DNA of 46,149 nucleotides, taken from contig CAYVZF010000004.1 in the NCBI GenBank assembly GCA_964456095.1, positions 1-46,149 on the forward strand, read 5' to 3'. Made by a program: the position numbers and the translations under genes. The notes below the pieces were generated by a model. The model saw only the letters and a program-made list of their open reading frames with translations, was not told the DNA's origin and did no database searches. Source of the stretch: an uncultured Erysipelotrichaceae bacterium. GTDB lineage: Bacteria; Bacillota_I; Bacilli_A; RFN20; CAG-449. Below are positions 19,779 to 30,890 of this stretch, one piece after another (position 1 is the stretch's first letter; every line of letters begins with the position of its first letter).

Positions 19779-21275
19779 TTATCTATCTCTCATATGTGGG
19801 AACAACAATACTTCTCTAATAGATGTTTGTTCAGTTAAAAACATAACAAGTCTATCGATTCCCATTCCTACCCCACCACATGGTGGCATACCATATTCTA
19901 ATGATTCAACAAAATCTAAATCCATTTCATTTGCTTCATCATTACCGGCATCTCTTTCTTTTAATTGTTCAATGAATCTATTCTTTTGATCGATTGGATC
20001 ATTTAATTCAGTATATGCATTAGCAAATTCATGTCCACCAATATATAATTCAAATCTTTGAACGAATCTATTATCAGTTGTATCAATTTTAGTAAGTGGT
20101 GATATTTCAACTGGATGTCCACATAAGAATGTTGGTTGAATCAATTTTTCTTCACAGAATTTTTCAAAGAACGCATTAATTATATGTCCGACTGTAAAAT
20201 GCTTTTCAATTTCTACACCATGTTTTTTAGCAAGTTCTATTGCTTCTTCTAATGAATAATTATTTCCTTTAAAATCAACACCTGTTTCTTGTTTAATCAT
20301 TTCACACATTGTAACAACTTTAAAAGGTTTTGATATATCTATTTTTTCTCCTTCAGGATTAAAAATATTTATAAACTCTTCTTTTCCTGCGACTTTTTTC
20401 GCGGCATATCTAATCATTCCTTCTGTGATTTTCATCATAGAGGACAAATCACCATATGCTTCATATAATTCAATCGTAGTGAATTCAGGATTATGTGTTA
20501 AATCCATTCCTTCATTTCTAAATAATCTTCCTATTTCATATACTTTTTCAAGCCCACCAACAATAAGTCTTTTAAGTGGTAACTCTGTTGCAATTCTTAA
20601 ATAAAAATCTTTATCAAGAGCGTTATGATGTGTTACAAATGGACGTGCTGTCGCACCACCTTGAATAGGTTGAAGCACTGGTGTTTCAACTTCTATAAAT
20701 CCTAGATTATCACAATACTCTTGAATAGAACGAATAATTTTAGGTCTTAATATTGCAACACGTTTTGCATCTTCATTCATTATCAAATCAACATAACGTC
20801 TTCTATAACGTTCTTCTTTATCAGTTAAGCCATGAAATTTTTCAGGAAGTGGTCTTAATGCTTTTGATAAATGTGTATATTTTAAACACTTAATTGTTGG
20901 TTCGCCTGTTCTTGTTAACATAGCAACTCCATTAATACCAACAATATCACCGATATCAGCCATTTTAAATAAATTATATTCATCTTCTCCAATATCATTA
21001 ATAGAAATGTATACTTGCATTTTACCTTTTAAGTCTTGTATTGAAAAAAAACTAGCTTTTCCCATTTTACGAATAAACATTATTCTACCCGCAATAGCAA
21101 CATTCAAATTAAGCGCCTCAACTTCTTCATGTGTTTTATTTGAAAGTATATCTCTAATGTCTTGTGAATGATGAGTTCTTTCAAACGCTTGTCCAAATGG
21201 ATCTAAGCCTAATTCTTTTATTTTCTCGACTTTTTGTCTTCTTACTAATTCTTGATCTGATAATTTTTCTTCCAT
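19779..21275 (-). CDS. lysS: Lysine-tRNA ligase (class II)
   Basis: LPEKFHG, FRNEG..HNPEF and GIDRL motifs. Confidence 0.98.
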   Translation of the reverse strand: MEEKLSDQELVRRQKVEKIKELGLDPFGQAFERTHHSQDIRDILSNKTHEEVEALNLNVAIAGRIMFIRKMGKASFFSIQDLKGKMQVYISINDIGEDEYNLFKMADIGDIVGINGVAMLTRTGEPTIKCLKYTHLSKALRPLPEKFHGLTDKEERYRRRYVDLIMNEDAKRVAILRPKIIRSIQEYCDNLGFIEVETPVLQPIQGGATARPFVTHHNALDKDFYLRIATELPLKRLIVGGLEKVYEIGRLFRNEGMDLTHNPEFTTIELYEAYGDLSSMMKITEGMIRYAAKKVAGKEEFINIFNPEGEKIDISKPFKVVTMCEMIKQETGVDFKGNNYSLEEAIELAKKHGVEIEKHFTVGHIINAFFEKFCEEKLIQPTFLCGHPVEISPLTKIDTTDNRFVQRFELYIGGHEFANAYTELNDPIDQKNRFIEQLKERDAGNDEANEMDLDFVESLEYGMPPCGGVGMGIDRLVMFLTEQTSIREVLLFPHMRDR

Positions 21276-21407
21276 ATTAATTACCTTCCTTTAATACATC
21301 GTTATTATTTTAACAATTAAAGATTGTTAAGTAAAGAACAATAACAAAATAAAAACATATGTATTATTGCATACAATTTTATTTAATACATAACAATATT
21401 TAATTAA

Positions 21408-22373
21408 TTATATAAGCTCTATTGCTTCAAAAAAATCTTTTTCATTTTCTGCTTTAACAAAAGCAATACGACAATCCTTAGAATTTGGAACGCCTTTAAA
21501 ATATAGAGGTGCTATGGTTCTCATCTCTCTAATTGCAATATATTCATCTTTAATATCTTTTAACATCATATAATGTTTAATGCATAATTCTTTTTGCATT
21601 TCAAGACTTGCTTCTTTTAATAAAATACCATCTTGTAAATATGTTTGAATTCTTTCAATTAAATAAGGATTTCCAAGTGCTGCACGTCCAATCATAACAG
21701 CATCGGCTTTTGTATAATCCAAAACTTCTTTTGCTTTAATAGGAGTATCGATATCACCATTTACTACAACAGGGATGTTAACTGCTTCTTTTATTAATTT
21801 TGCATATTCATAATTTGCTTTACCATCATAAAAATCAGAACGTGTTCTACAATGAATGGCAATTAATTTTACACCTGCTTTTTCAAGCAACTTTGATATT
21901 TCAACACAATTAATTTCTTCATGCGTCCATCCTAATCTTATTTTTACTGTTACAGGTTTTTTACTTACTTCGCAAATAGATTTAATCGTATCATATAATT
22001 CTTCTTCTCTTCCTTTGATTAACCATGAAGATCCAGCTTTACCTTTAACTACTTTATTGACAGGGCAACCAAGATTTATATCTAATATGTCATAATTTGC
22101 TTCTTCTTGTAAGACTTTAAGTCCCATTAACAAAGACGCCTTACTTCCTCCAAATAGCTGAAGCGCGACAGGATGTTCATCATCATCTATTTTTATCATT
22201 TTTAAAGTTTCAGGATTCTTATAAATCAAAGCATAATCAGAAATCATTTCTGAAACAGTGTATGACGCCTTATATTGTTTTAATAATTTTCTATATGCTG
22301 AATTAGTATACCCCGCGAGTGGAGCAGGGATTACTTTACCTTCAATTTCAATATCACCAATTTTAAAACTCAT
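21408..22373 (-). CDS. dusB: tRNA dihydrouridine synthase
   Basis: APLAG, DINLGCP, VKIRLG, NGDI and MIGR motifs. Confidence 0.93.
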   Translation of the reverse strand: MSFKIGDIEIEGKVIPAPLAGYTNSAYRKLLKQYKASYTVSEMISDYALIYKNPETLKMIKIDDDEHPVALQLFGGSKASLLMGLKVLQEEANYDILDINLGCPVNKVVKGKAGSSWLIKGREEELYDTIKSICEVSKKPVTVKIRLGWTHEEINCVEISKLLEKAGVKLIAIHCRTRSDFYDGKANYEYAKLIKEAVNIPVVVNGDIDTPIKAKEVLDYTKADAVMIGRAALGNPYLIERIQTYLQDGILLKEASLEMQKELCIKHYMMLKDIKDEYIAIREMRTIAPLYFKGVPNSKDCRIAFVKAENEKDFFEAIELI

Positions 22374-22394
22374 AAATCTTAAAAAAGAAGAGAC

Positions 22395-24449
22395 TTATTT
22401 AGTCTCTTCATTTCCTTCCTCAGTTATATCTTCTTTAACAGGTTCTTTTTCTTCATCAGGAAGAATACCATTTTTTAACAAATAATCAATTTCTTCAGAA
22501 TTTAAAGTTTCTTTTCTAATTAACGCTTCCGCGATTAATGTGACTTCATTTGAATATTCTTTAATTAATTTTACCGCGGTTTCATGAGCTTCATCAATAA
22601 TACTACGAATTTCATTATCGATTTCAAAAGCTATTTGCGATGAGAAATTCTTTTGATTTGATGTATAATCTCTTCCTAAGAATACCGAATCTCCTCTTGA
22701 TTCATATTGAATTGGTCCAAGAGATGACATACCATATTCTGTAACCATTGCACGAGCTATACGTGTTGCTACTTCTATATCATTAGATGCTCCTGTAGAT
22801 ACATCTTCAAAGAATACTTCTTCAGAAGATCTACCACCTAAATATCCAACAATACGTGCGATTAATTCTTCTTTTGATACTAAGAATCTATCTTCTTCAG
22901 GTGTCATTAATACATGACCACCAGTTCTACCACGAGGAACAATTGTTACTTTTTGAACTTTATCAGAATTAGGATATTTAAGTCCTATGATAGTATGACC
23001 TGCCTCATGATAAGCAACTGTCCTTTTTTCTTTTTCTGTTAAACTTCTTGTAGTTTTTGCGGGTCCTGCGATTCTTCTATCAATCGCTTCATCGATTTCT
23101 TTAGTTGTGATAATTGACTTACCATCTCTAACAGCAAGTATTGCGGCTTCATTTAATACGTTTGCTAAATCAGCACCAGAGAAACCAACTGTTCTTTTTG
23201 CAATATTTGCAAAATCAACACTCTTATCGATTGTTTTATTTTTAGCATGAACTTTTAAAATAGCTTCACGACCATTTTTATCTGGTAAATCAACTGTGAT
23301 TTGTCTATCAAATCTTCCCGCTCTTAATAGGGCTGGATCTAGAACGTCTTCTCTATTTGTCGCAGCAATTACAATAATACCTGCATTATCAGAGAATCCA
23401 TCCATTTCAACAAGAAGTTGGTTAAGTGTTTGTTCGCGTTCATCGTTACCACCACCAAGACCAGCACCTCTTTGTCTACCAACTGCATCTATTTCATCAA
23501 TAAAGATTAAACATGGTGCAGTTTGCTTTGCTTTTTTAAACATATCTCTAACTCTACCAGCACCAACGCCGACAAACATTTCAACAAAATCAGAACCAGA
23601 AATGCTATAGAATGGTACTTTAGCTTCTCCCGCGACTGCTTTTGCAAGTAATGTTTTACCTGTTCCAGGTGGGCCTACAAGTAATACACCTTTAGGTAAT
23701 TTTGCACCATATTTTGAATATTTTTCAGGTTGACGTAAGTAATCAACTAACTCAACCATTTCTGCTTTTTCTTCTTCACATCCAGCCACATCATCAAAAT
23801 GAACATTAGATGCATCTTCTCTTCTTGCTCTAGATCTATTAAAGTCCATTGCAGAAGAATTTGATTTATTAATTGAATTACCCAATTTAGAAATTAATAA
23901 ACCACCTACAATTAATGTACCAACGCATAAAAGTATTGTAGGTAGATAATCCATAAATCCATTAGATTCATATGGATCTCTATATGATAAAATATTACTT
24001 GTATAGTAAATAGTATCATCATTAGGATCTGTGTAATTGTTATAATTCATTCTCGATGAAGTAATATAACTTAAAATAGTCCAGTTCTCTTCTGTATTAG
24101 CAATAGAAACACTAAATGAACACAATACATATTTAGTTGAATCGCCTTTATCTTTTACTTTATCTTCACTAACACTAACTGTACCTGATACTTGAATATG
24201 ATCTCTATAATTAGCAAGTGAAAGTGATTTAATATCATCAGTCCAAAGAACTGAATTCATTGCTCTTTCTTTATATGAATATTCAGTGTTATTATATTCA
24301 TCTATTGCTCTATATACGATATCTTGTTCTGTATATGAACAACTATATGAAGTGCTTTTCCCACCCCAGAAAAATATGACAACAGCAATGATTGCAAAAA
24401 CTAGTAAGTAAGGCATCAAATATGATAACCATTTTGTTTTCTTTTTCAC
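22395..24449 (-). CDS. ftsH: ATP-dependent zinc metalloprotease FtsH
   Basis: Two TMs, [11 protein letters not shown] and HEAGH; GTG start after AGGAGG. Confidence 0.98.
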   Translation of the reverse strand: MKKKTKWLSYLMPYLLVFAIIAVVIFFWGGKSTSYSCSYTEQDIVYRAIDEYNNTEYSYKERAMNSVLWTDDIKSLSLANYRDHIQVSGTVSVSEDKVKDKGDSTKYVLCSFSVSIANTEENWTILSYITSSRMNYNNYTDPNDDTIYYTSNILSYRDPYESNGFMDYLPTILLCVGTLIVGGLLISKLGNSINKSNSSAMDFNRSRARREDASNVHFDDVAGCEEEKAEMVELVDYLRQPEKYSKYGAKLPKGVLLVGPPGTGKTLLAKAVAGEAKVPFYSISGSDFVEMFVGVGAGRVRDMFKKAKQTAPCLIFIDEIDAVGRQRGAGLGGGNDEREQTLNQLLVEMDGFSDNAGIIVIAATNREDVLDPALLRAGRFDRQITVDLPDKNGREAILKVHAKNKTIDKSVDFANIAKRTVGFSGADLANVLNEAAILAVRDGKSIITTKEIDEAIDRRIAGPAKTTRSLTEKEKRTVAYHEAGHTIIGLKYPNSDKVQKVTIVPRGRTGGHVLMTPEEDRFLVSKEELIARIVGYLGGRSSEEVFFEDVSTGASNDIEVATRIARAMVTEYGMSSLGPIQYESRGDSVFLGRDYTSNQKNFSSQIAFEIDNEIRSIIDEAHETAVKLIKEYSNEVTLIAEALIRKETLNSEEIDYLLKNGILPDEEKEPVKEDITEEGNEETK

Positions 24450-24626
24450 TTCATTACCTCCTTAAATTTTGTTTGATTATGTTATTTTAACATAATACTA
24501 ATAAATCCGCTACAAATTAGCAATTTTTTATTTCATTTTATATGCATAATATATTTTACCCAAAATATAATAAAAAATATTACAATATGTTTAAATATGC
24601 ATACCTTTTATAAAATTTAATGTTAT

Positions 24627-25832
24627 TTAAAGTTTAATTTTAAAAACAGTATTGTTGTTCACCTTTTCGTCTTTTCTTCTTGGGAAATAAATGATTTTAT
24701 TATTGCAGTCTTTAATACAAGGCCAAACTGTTCGTAAATCTATATCAATTTTTTCATCGATAAATAATCTATTAACTTTTTTTTCAATTTTACCAATTTT
24801 AACTTTTTCATCCTTACGCGCAATAGAAATGGTAAGTGGATATGAACCTTCTTTAATAAAAAATGATTCTTTACCATTTATTAAATCAAAAAAGAATATA
24901 TCATTTTCTATAATCATAGGCTTTTTTATATAGTAATTATAATTTTGTTTATTTAATGATAAATAAAATAAACCATAATTTTTAATTAAGCTTACTTCTT
25001 TATTAATAGTTTTTATTCCACTTGCATTGCTTGAAGTAATAAAATCTATTATCGAATTTGTTTCTCTTTTAGAGAGTCTATTTTTATATTTACTTACTAA
25101 ACAAAAAACAATTCTTTCTTGAATATCTAGTGGAAGTAATTTAAATTCATCAATTATATACTTATCACTTTTTTTTATATATTCATTAGATGCTTTATTA
25201 ATGCTTTCTTCATATTGATTCTTATTATTAATTTCTTCAATAATATCATTAATTTCTTTTTCATTCATTTTTTCGACAATAGTATGTCTTATAACATTTC
25301 TTGAATAATCATTTTTTAAATTCGAAGAATCAATAAAATATGGAACATTATTATTTATACAATAAATTTCTAATTCTTTTTTTCTATAATTTAATAATGG
25401 CCTTCTAATTACTATATTTTTATAATTACTGACTTTATTAATTCCATAATAAGAATAAATACCTTTCCTATTTTTTTGAAAAATATATGTTTCGATCAAA
25501 TCATCTTTTTGATGTGCGACTAAAACTTCATCTAGATTTCGTTTATTAATTATATCAGCAAAAAAATCATATCTAATTAATCGAGCCCAAGATTGAAAAT
25601 TACCTTCATAGGTCATCCCTGTTGTATCAAGTAAATGAAAAACAATATTATTATTTTTGCAATACTTTCTAACACTTTCTTCCTCAATAATGCTTTCTTT
25701 TCTTTTATGGTAATTAACAAAAGCAACTTCAAAATGAATATTATCTTTTAGTAACATATGAAAAAGGGCCATAGAATCTGGTCCTCCCGAACACGCAAGT
25801 AAATAATGTTTTTTGTTTGATAATTCCAGCAT
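24627..25832 (-). CDS. tilS: tRNA(Ile)-lysidine synthetase
   Basis: SGGPDS PP-loop, AHQKDD, RPLL and DSSN..RN..R; upstream of ftsH. Confidence 0.93.
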   Translation of the reverse strand: MLELSNKKHYLLACSGGPDSMALFHMLLKDNIHFEVAFVNYHKRKESIIEEESVRKYCKNNNIVFHLLDTTGMTYEGNFQSWARLIRYDFFADIINKRNLDEVLVAHQKDDLIETYIFQKNRKGIYSYYGINKVSNYKNIVIRRPLLNYRKKELEIYCINNNVPYFIDSSNLKNDYSRNVIRHTIVEKMNEKEINDIIEEINNKNQYEESINKASNEYIKKSDKYIIDEFKLLPLDIQERIVFCLVSKYKNRLSKRETNSIIDFITSSNASGIKTINKEVSLIKNYGLFYLSLNKQNYNYYIKKPMIIENDIFFFDLINGKESFFIKEGSYPLTISIARKDEKVKIGKIEKKVNRLFIDEKIDIDLRTVWPCIKDCNNKIIYFPRRKDEKVNNNTVFKIKL

Positions 25833-25861
25833 CTTCCTCACCAAACAACATTTTATATTCT

Positions 25862-27994
25862 TTATTTAATTATTTCAATTCTTATTAAAACAAGTGTCTT
25901 ATCATCTACTGTTTTGTCATTTATTAATAGATTATCTTTAATTTTACTTGTTAGTCTTTCTAAATCTTCATTATAGTTTTCACTTATTGCTTTCTCTATT
26001 ATTTTTAATACATCATTACCAAACCCATCTGACATAAAAATAATAATATCTCCATCACTTAATACATCTTTATATGCAAAGGGGTCAATTTTTTCTAAAA
26101 TTCCAAGTGGAGCAAAATTTCTCTTTGATTCTTTTAACTTCCCATCATGATATATAAAGGTTGGAAATGATCCTGCTTTAAATAAAGTGAATTTTAAAGA
26201 AACTAAATCTAAAATGAAATAATCTAATGTTGCATACATTTCTTCATTTGATTTTTTATATAACAATCTATTTATTGTCTCTAATTGCCTTAAATAATTA
26301 TTATCTATTTTTGAATAAGCTATTAAAGAGTCTAATAGATAATTACTAAGTAATTCCGAATTTTTATCATGTCCCATTCCATCACTTAAAAACAACTTAA
26401 ATTCATTATCTTCTATAAAGTATATTAAATTATCTCCAGATATATTTTTTAAAAGTCCTTTTTTAAAATATTCAATATTTATATTATATTTTTGCTTACA
26501 TGAAAATGATAAAATATATCCACCTAGAGAAAATGAATATTTTTTATCTAAGAAAATAAAACTTTTCTTATAATTATTTTCAATAACGGATAGTATAATT
26601 TCTTCATCATCAACATGATATTTTAAAACTTCAACTTCAACAATTGATGCATACTTTTTTAAATCTATTAAATCTATTCCTTCTTCTTTTAATTCTTTTT
26701 TTATGTCATCAATACTATTATTGTTTGTTTTATTTTCTTTTAAAGGATAGTACAAATTTTCTAACTCTTTTAAATACATAGACTTGTTTTCTATTTCTTC
26801 TAAATTCTTCTTTTCTTCTTTTTTATATATTTCATTAAAAATTAATGTTCTTTTAAACAATTTATAAGGATATATACATTTATCTACAATCACTTTTCTT
26901 TCATCTTTTTCATATTTGTTTTTAATTCCATTTTTTATTATTTCTTTTAAATTACATTTTTCATTATTAATACAATCTTTACATAAATCATTTTTTAATT
27001 CTTTATATATTTTATCAAGAGGATCATTCTTATATTCCAATCTAGAATCTAATACTAATGTTAAATAATTAATAATGTTATCAATTTTATCTGTATCAAC
27101 ATTTTTTTCTTCTTCATCTTCTTTAAGTAAAACCGAATTAAGTTTTATATAAAAATCTTCTGGAATTAAGCAAGAAACAATTATTGATATTAATCCTTGA
27201 TAAAAACTGGGGCTAACATAAAATTCATCTAAAATAAAAAAGCAAGATATTATATAAGAAATACAATATACAATTATTTTGTATTTTTTAGCTAATAAAA
27301 ACGTAAATAAAAATGGAATAATTAATAACAATATTTCTATTTGAGATACATTATAAAAATATATCAAAAAGAAGCACATTAAAATAACCGCGGATAAAGC
27401 TTCTGAAAACTTCGCGGATTTAATTAAAATAATATGGATAAGCCTGATAAAAAATAAATAAAAATAGTTAATACTATCAAATAAAAATGGAAAAATAGTA
27501 TAAATAATAATTCTATCTTTTGAATCTATAGAGTTTATTGAATATTGATATGAACTTAGTATTTTATGAAAAGCATAGAATAGTAAAAATGAAAATGAAA
27601 ATGAAAAAAGAAGATTAGTAAAATTAACAAAAGATATTGATGGAAGAAAATAAATAATAAATACAATAAGATTTGTTACAACATATGGCAACATCCTTTT
27701 AATGTTTAAAGATTTAATGAAATAATTTGAAAATATTTTAAATAAAAAGAATGTTGCGCATATAATACACATCTCATATCCTTTGTTGATTGATAAAATA
27801 AAAGCAATTATTATTGATATAATATTAACTAAAGCATATGTTCTTTCTTTATAATTAGAAGATATCGTCAATAAGACTATTATATAAAAAAACGGAGTTC
27901 CTTTTAATGCTAACAATATAGTAAGTAATAAGAATAACAAATCAATATATATACTTATTAAATTCTTCTCTTTTTTTATAATTCTACTTTTCAT
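25862..27994 (-). CDS. spoIIE: Stage II sporulation protein E (membrane PP2C phosphatase)
   Basis: Multi-TM N-terminus, CxxC..C central motif, PP2C motifs SGD, SDGMG, ATLD, PLGI, SDG and DD; conserved position between divIC and tilS. Confidence 0.82.
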   Translation of the reverse strand: MKSRIIKKEKNLISIYIDLLFLLLTILLALKGTPFFYIIVLLTISSNYKERTYALVNIISIIIAFILSINKGYEMCIICATFFLFKIFSNYFIKSLNIKRMLPYVVTNLIVFIIYFLPSISFVNFTNLLFSFSFSFLLFYAFHKILSSYQYSINSIDSKDRIIIYTIFPFLFDSINYFYLFFIRLIHIILIKSAKFSEALSAVILMCFFLIYFYNVSQIEILLLIIPFLFTFLLAKKYKIIVYCISYIISCFFILDEFYVSPSFYQGLISIIVSCLIPEDFYIKLNSVLLKEDEEEKNVDTDKIDNIINYLTLVLDSRLEYKNDPLDKIYKELKNDLCKDCINNEKCNLKEIIKNGIKNKYEKDERKVIVDKCIYPYKLFKRTLIFNEIYKKEEKKNLEEIENKSMYLKELENLYYPLKENKTNNNSIDDIKKELKEEGIDLIDLKKYASIVEVEVLKYHVDDEEIILSVIENNYKKSFIFLDKKYSFSLGGYILSFSCKQKYNINIEYFKKGLLKNISGDNLIYFIEDNEFKLFLSDGMGHDKNSELLSNYLLDSLIAYSKIDNNYLRQLETINRLLYKKSNEEMYATLDYFILDLVSLKFTLFKAGSFPTFIYHDGKLKESKRNFAPLGILEKIDPFAYKDVLSDGDIIIFMSDGFGNDVLKIIEKAISENYNEDLERLTSKIKDNLLINDKTVDDKTLVLIRIEIIK

Positions 27995-28012
27995 AAAGAT
28001 CACCCAGTTAGA

Positions 28013-28061
28013 ATTATAAAAAATTAATTATTAAAAAAATGTCGAATTATTAGAAACGACA
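28013..28061 (-). promoter_or_regulatory. Spo0A-dependent sigmaA-type promoter of spoIIE
   Basis: Perfect 0A box TGTCGAA at 28040-28046; minus strand TCGACA-N21-TATAAT; second inverted half-site at 28055-28062. Confidence 0.6.
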
Positions 28062-28065
28062 TTTT

Positions 28066-28341
28066 TTAATATATTACTATTATATCTCCATCCATATTAA
28101 GTGCATATTCTCCATCAGCATATACAACATAATATCCTTCACGAACATCAGCATCTATATTTTTTATGTAATTATATTCTTCTTGTATTTTTTCTTTTTC
28201 TTTAATTAACTTTTGATTGTTAATATACTTAATTGATAAAGAAGCAAGTGCAACAGAAAACATTATAATTCCAGAAACAAATATTCCTATATAAAAAATA
28301 GAACTTAACCTATATTTCTTTTTTTTCTTTTTTTCTTCCAT
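28066..28341 (-). CDS. DivIC/FtsB-like small bitopic protein
   Basis: Basic N-terminus, one TM and a short coiled coil; position after yabQ. Confidence 0.5.
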   Translation of the reverse strand: MEEKKKKKKYRLSSIFYIGIFVSGIIMFSVALASLSIKYINNQKLIKEKEKIQEEYNYIKNIDADVREGYYVVYADGEYALNMDGDIIVIY

Positions 28342-28735
28342 GTCTCTTCTTTTTCCTTTCTTCTTTTCTATTTTTAAGTATATCTTTATAACAACTTATT
28401 TTCAAATAAATGGGATTTAAAATTTTAGTTTTAAATTTATATTTAATTTTATAAAAGAATAAAGAAAAATATTTATTATAAAATTTAAAAAATAAATATA
28501 TTCCAAGAATAATCGCGGATAAATATAAAACATTTAAAACGCCATCTATATAATATATTAAAAATAAATCATACAAATAGAAAGCAATTAAAAAGAATGG
28601 CACTTCAATTAGAAGTCTTAAATATTGATGTTTAAAATCTTTAATAAATACTTCAATAAATATCCATATTAATGATACACACCAGCCAAATATTATAGAT
28701 CCCGCAATAACCTGAATTTGAGAAAACAAACTCAT
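28310..28735 (-). CDS. yabQ: Spore cortex biosynthesis protein YabQ-like
   Basis: MSLFSQI start, 3 TMs, basic tail; directly after yabP. Confidence 0.65.
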   Translation of the reverse strand: MSLFSQIQVIAGSIIFGWCVSLIWIFIEVFIKDFKHQYLRLLIEVPFFLIAFYLYDLFLIYYIDGVLNVLYLSAIILGIYLFFKFYNKYFSLFFYKIKYKFKTKILNPIYLKISCYKDILKNRKEERKKKRHGRKKEKKEI

Positions 28736-29013
28736 TATTTAAATAGTCTTTTTAAAAAGCTTTCCTTATTTTCTTTGGGTTCATCTATATATTTTAGCGA
28801 ATTAATTAAACCGTCAATTGTCAATTCTCCTTTATCTAAATCCATCGCGCCTAAACTTAAATCGGTTCCAAGAACATGAAGATAACCAAGAGTCGTATCT
28901 AATAAAAATTCTTTCTTATCAAAACTATCTAATTTTTTCACCCCTTTTAATTCGATTTTTTTTCTTTCTTTTATAAAAATAGTATTATCTAATTTTTTAT
29001 TACTTTCTTCCAT
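28735..29013 (-). CDS. yabP: Sporulation protein YabP
   Basis: ERK..GV..DSFD..F.L.T.LG.L...G..L..G.I..L.Y..FLKRLFK pattern. Confidence 0.9.
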   Translation of the reverse strand: MEESNKKLDNTIFIKERKKIELKGVKKLDSFDKKEFLLDTTLGYLHVLGTDLSLGAMDLDKGELTIDGLINSLKYIDEPKENKESFLKRLFK

Positions 29014-29032
29014 AAAATCATCCTCCTTATTA

Positions 29033-29061
29033 AAGATATGATGATCAAATGTTATTTATTC
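29033..29061 (-). promoter_or_regulatory. Putative sigmaE-type promoter of yabP
   Basis: Minus strand GAATAAA-N14-CATATCTT ahead of AAGGAGG; yabP is sigmaE-controlled in B. subtilis. Confidence 0.5.
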
Positions 29062-29064
29062 ATT

Positions 29065-30738
29065 TTACTGCGCTTCTATACTTTCACAAATGTTATATAA
29101 ATGATCGCCCATTCTTTCAACATTTGATAATATTTCCGCATAATGTTCCGAATTTAATATAGTACAAATGCCACTTTCTACTCTATGAATATGGCGTTTA
29201 TAAAAAACTTGTTCTAATTTATCTATTTCATCCTCAAATACTTTTCCAGATATTGCATAATATTTAGACCATTTAATAACGGCATTATATGTATCGTTTG
29301 ACATATCTAATAATACAGAATATATTTGATGTAAATCTTGTTCTCCTTCTTTTGTTAGATGCATATCTTCATCATATCTAACTTTAAAGAAATTAATTAT
29401 ATTATTACAATGATCACCTATACGTTCAAAATCTTTAATTTGATCTAAATATTTAGATAATAACATTGATGTTTTTTCATCCATATCAGTTATTATTAGT
29501 TTATTTAAATAGTCATGAATACGTTTGTCTAAAATATCTAAATCATTCTCAATTTGTTCTGATTCTTCATACAATTCTTTTATGTTTTCAAAACTATATT
29601 CAAAAGAAATATCGATATATCGCTTTGCTTTATCTGCCATAAAATCAATTGCTTTTTTTGCAAAAGAAAGAGCAAGTACTGGTGATTTATCTATCAATGT
29701 ATAATCAAGCAACTCTTCCATAATATTCTCTTCTTGTTTGTTTTTTATTAATTTAGTAGTTATAGATACCATTTGATTAATAAAGAAGAATAAAATAAAT
29801 GTTGTTGAAAGATTGAATATTATATGAGCAACCGCAAGTGTCATTTTTTTACCCACGCCAAGAGGAAGTAAAACATTAGTTTCGATAACTTCTATTAAAG
29901 GAACAAATGCCCAAATAAATATCATAAATATCATTGTTCCCAAAACATTAAATAATGTATGAACAAATGCTGTTCTTTTTGCTTGAGTTCCTCCACCGAA
30001 CGAGGCGAAGATTGCTGTTATAGTTGTACCAATATTACAGCCAAGTAAAATTGGTATAGAGGCCATTAAGCTGATTCTACCAACACCATATAGCTCTTGA
30101 ACAATTGCAATTGTCGCAGAAGATGATTGAACAATCGCAGTAATACCTGTACCAATAAATAAACCTAAAATTACACCAAATGGATTATTTCCTAACCATT
30201 CAAATACAACTTGAACTTCACTATTGTAATAATTTAATAATTCTCCTAGATTTTCACCCATTAAATTAAGGCCAAAAAACAATAAACCAAATCCAAATAT
30301 AATATTACCTATTTGTTTTATTTTATCTTTTTTAAAAAAGAAAACCATTATCGCCCCAAGTGCAACAAACCATAATGCATTATCGCCTATATTCAAGCCG
30401 ACTATAAATGAAGTAATAGTTGTACCAATATTTGCTCCCATGATAATTCCAACAGCTTGAGGGAAGCTCATAAGTCCTGCTCGAACAAGGCCAACCGCTA
30501 AAGCAGTTGTACCACTAGACGATTGTATAATTGCCGTAACCGCAGCACCTACAAATATTCCTTTAATTGGCGTATTAGTTGATTTTTCAATTAATACTTT
30601 TAATTTATCACCCGCGGCTGCTTTTAATGAATCCCCCATTAAATTAATGCCATATAAAAATATTCCTAATCCACCTAAAATAAACATCAAGGTAAATATT
30701 AGATTAAAATCTGAATTAGAAGAAAGAATCGATATCAT
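29065..30738 (-). CDS. Na/Pi cotransporter with PhoU-like domains
   Basis: Two QSSS and G(A/C)NIGTT repeats; two ERIGDH/ERMGDH PhoU-like motifs. Confidence 0.92.
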   Translation of the reverse strand: MISILSSNSDFNLIFTLMFILGGLGIFLYGINLMGDSLKAAAGDKLKVLIEKSTNTPIKGIFVGAAVTAIIQSSSGTTALAVGLVRAGLMSFPQAVGIIMGANIGTTITSFIVGLNIGDNALWFVALGAIMVFFFKKDKIKQIGNIIFGFGLLFFGLNLMGENLGELLNYYNSEVQVVFEWLGNNPFGVILGLFIGTGITAIVQSSSATIAIVQELYGVGRISLMASIPILLGCNIGTTITAIFASFGGGTQAKRTAFVHTLFNVLGTMIFMIFIWAFVPLIEVIETNVLLPLGVGKKMTLAVAHIIFNLSTTFILFFFINQMVSITTKLIKNKQEENIMEELLDYTLIDKSPVLALSFAKKAIDFMADKAKRYIDISFEYSFENIKELYEESEQIENDLDILDKRIHDYLNKLIITDMDEKTSMLLSKYLDQIKDFERIGDHCNNIINFFKVRYDEDMHLTKEGEQDLHQIYSVLLDMSNDTYNAVIKWSKYYAISGKVFEDEIDKLEQVFYKRHIHRVESGICTILNSEHYAEILSNVERMGDHLYNICESIEAQ

Positions 30739-30890
30739 TTTTAAATCTCCCACTAAAAATAAACAACACATAAATGATAACACAAAACATTTTTATAAGA
30801 GAATAAAAGTGCTTTCAAATAAAAAATACTTATTTCTATTAAAAAATAATTTGTTTTTTGATATAAATTAATAAGCAAGCGAGGTTTATT

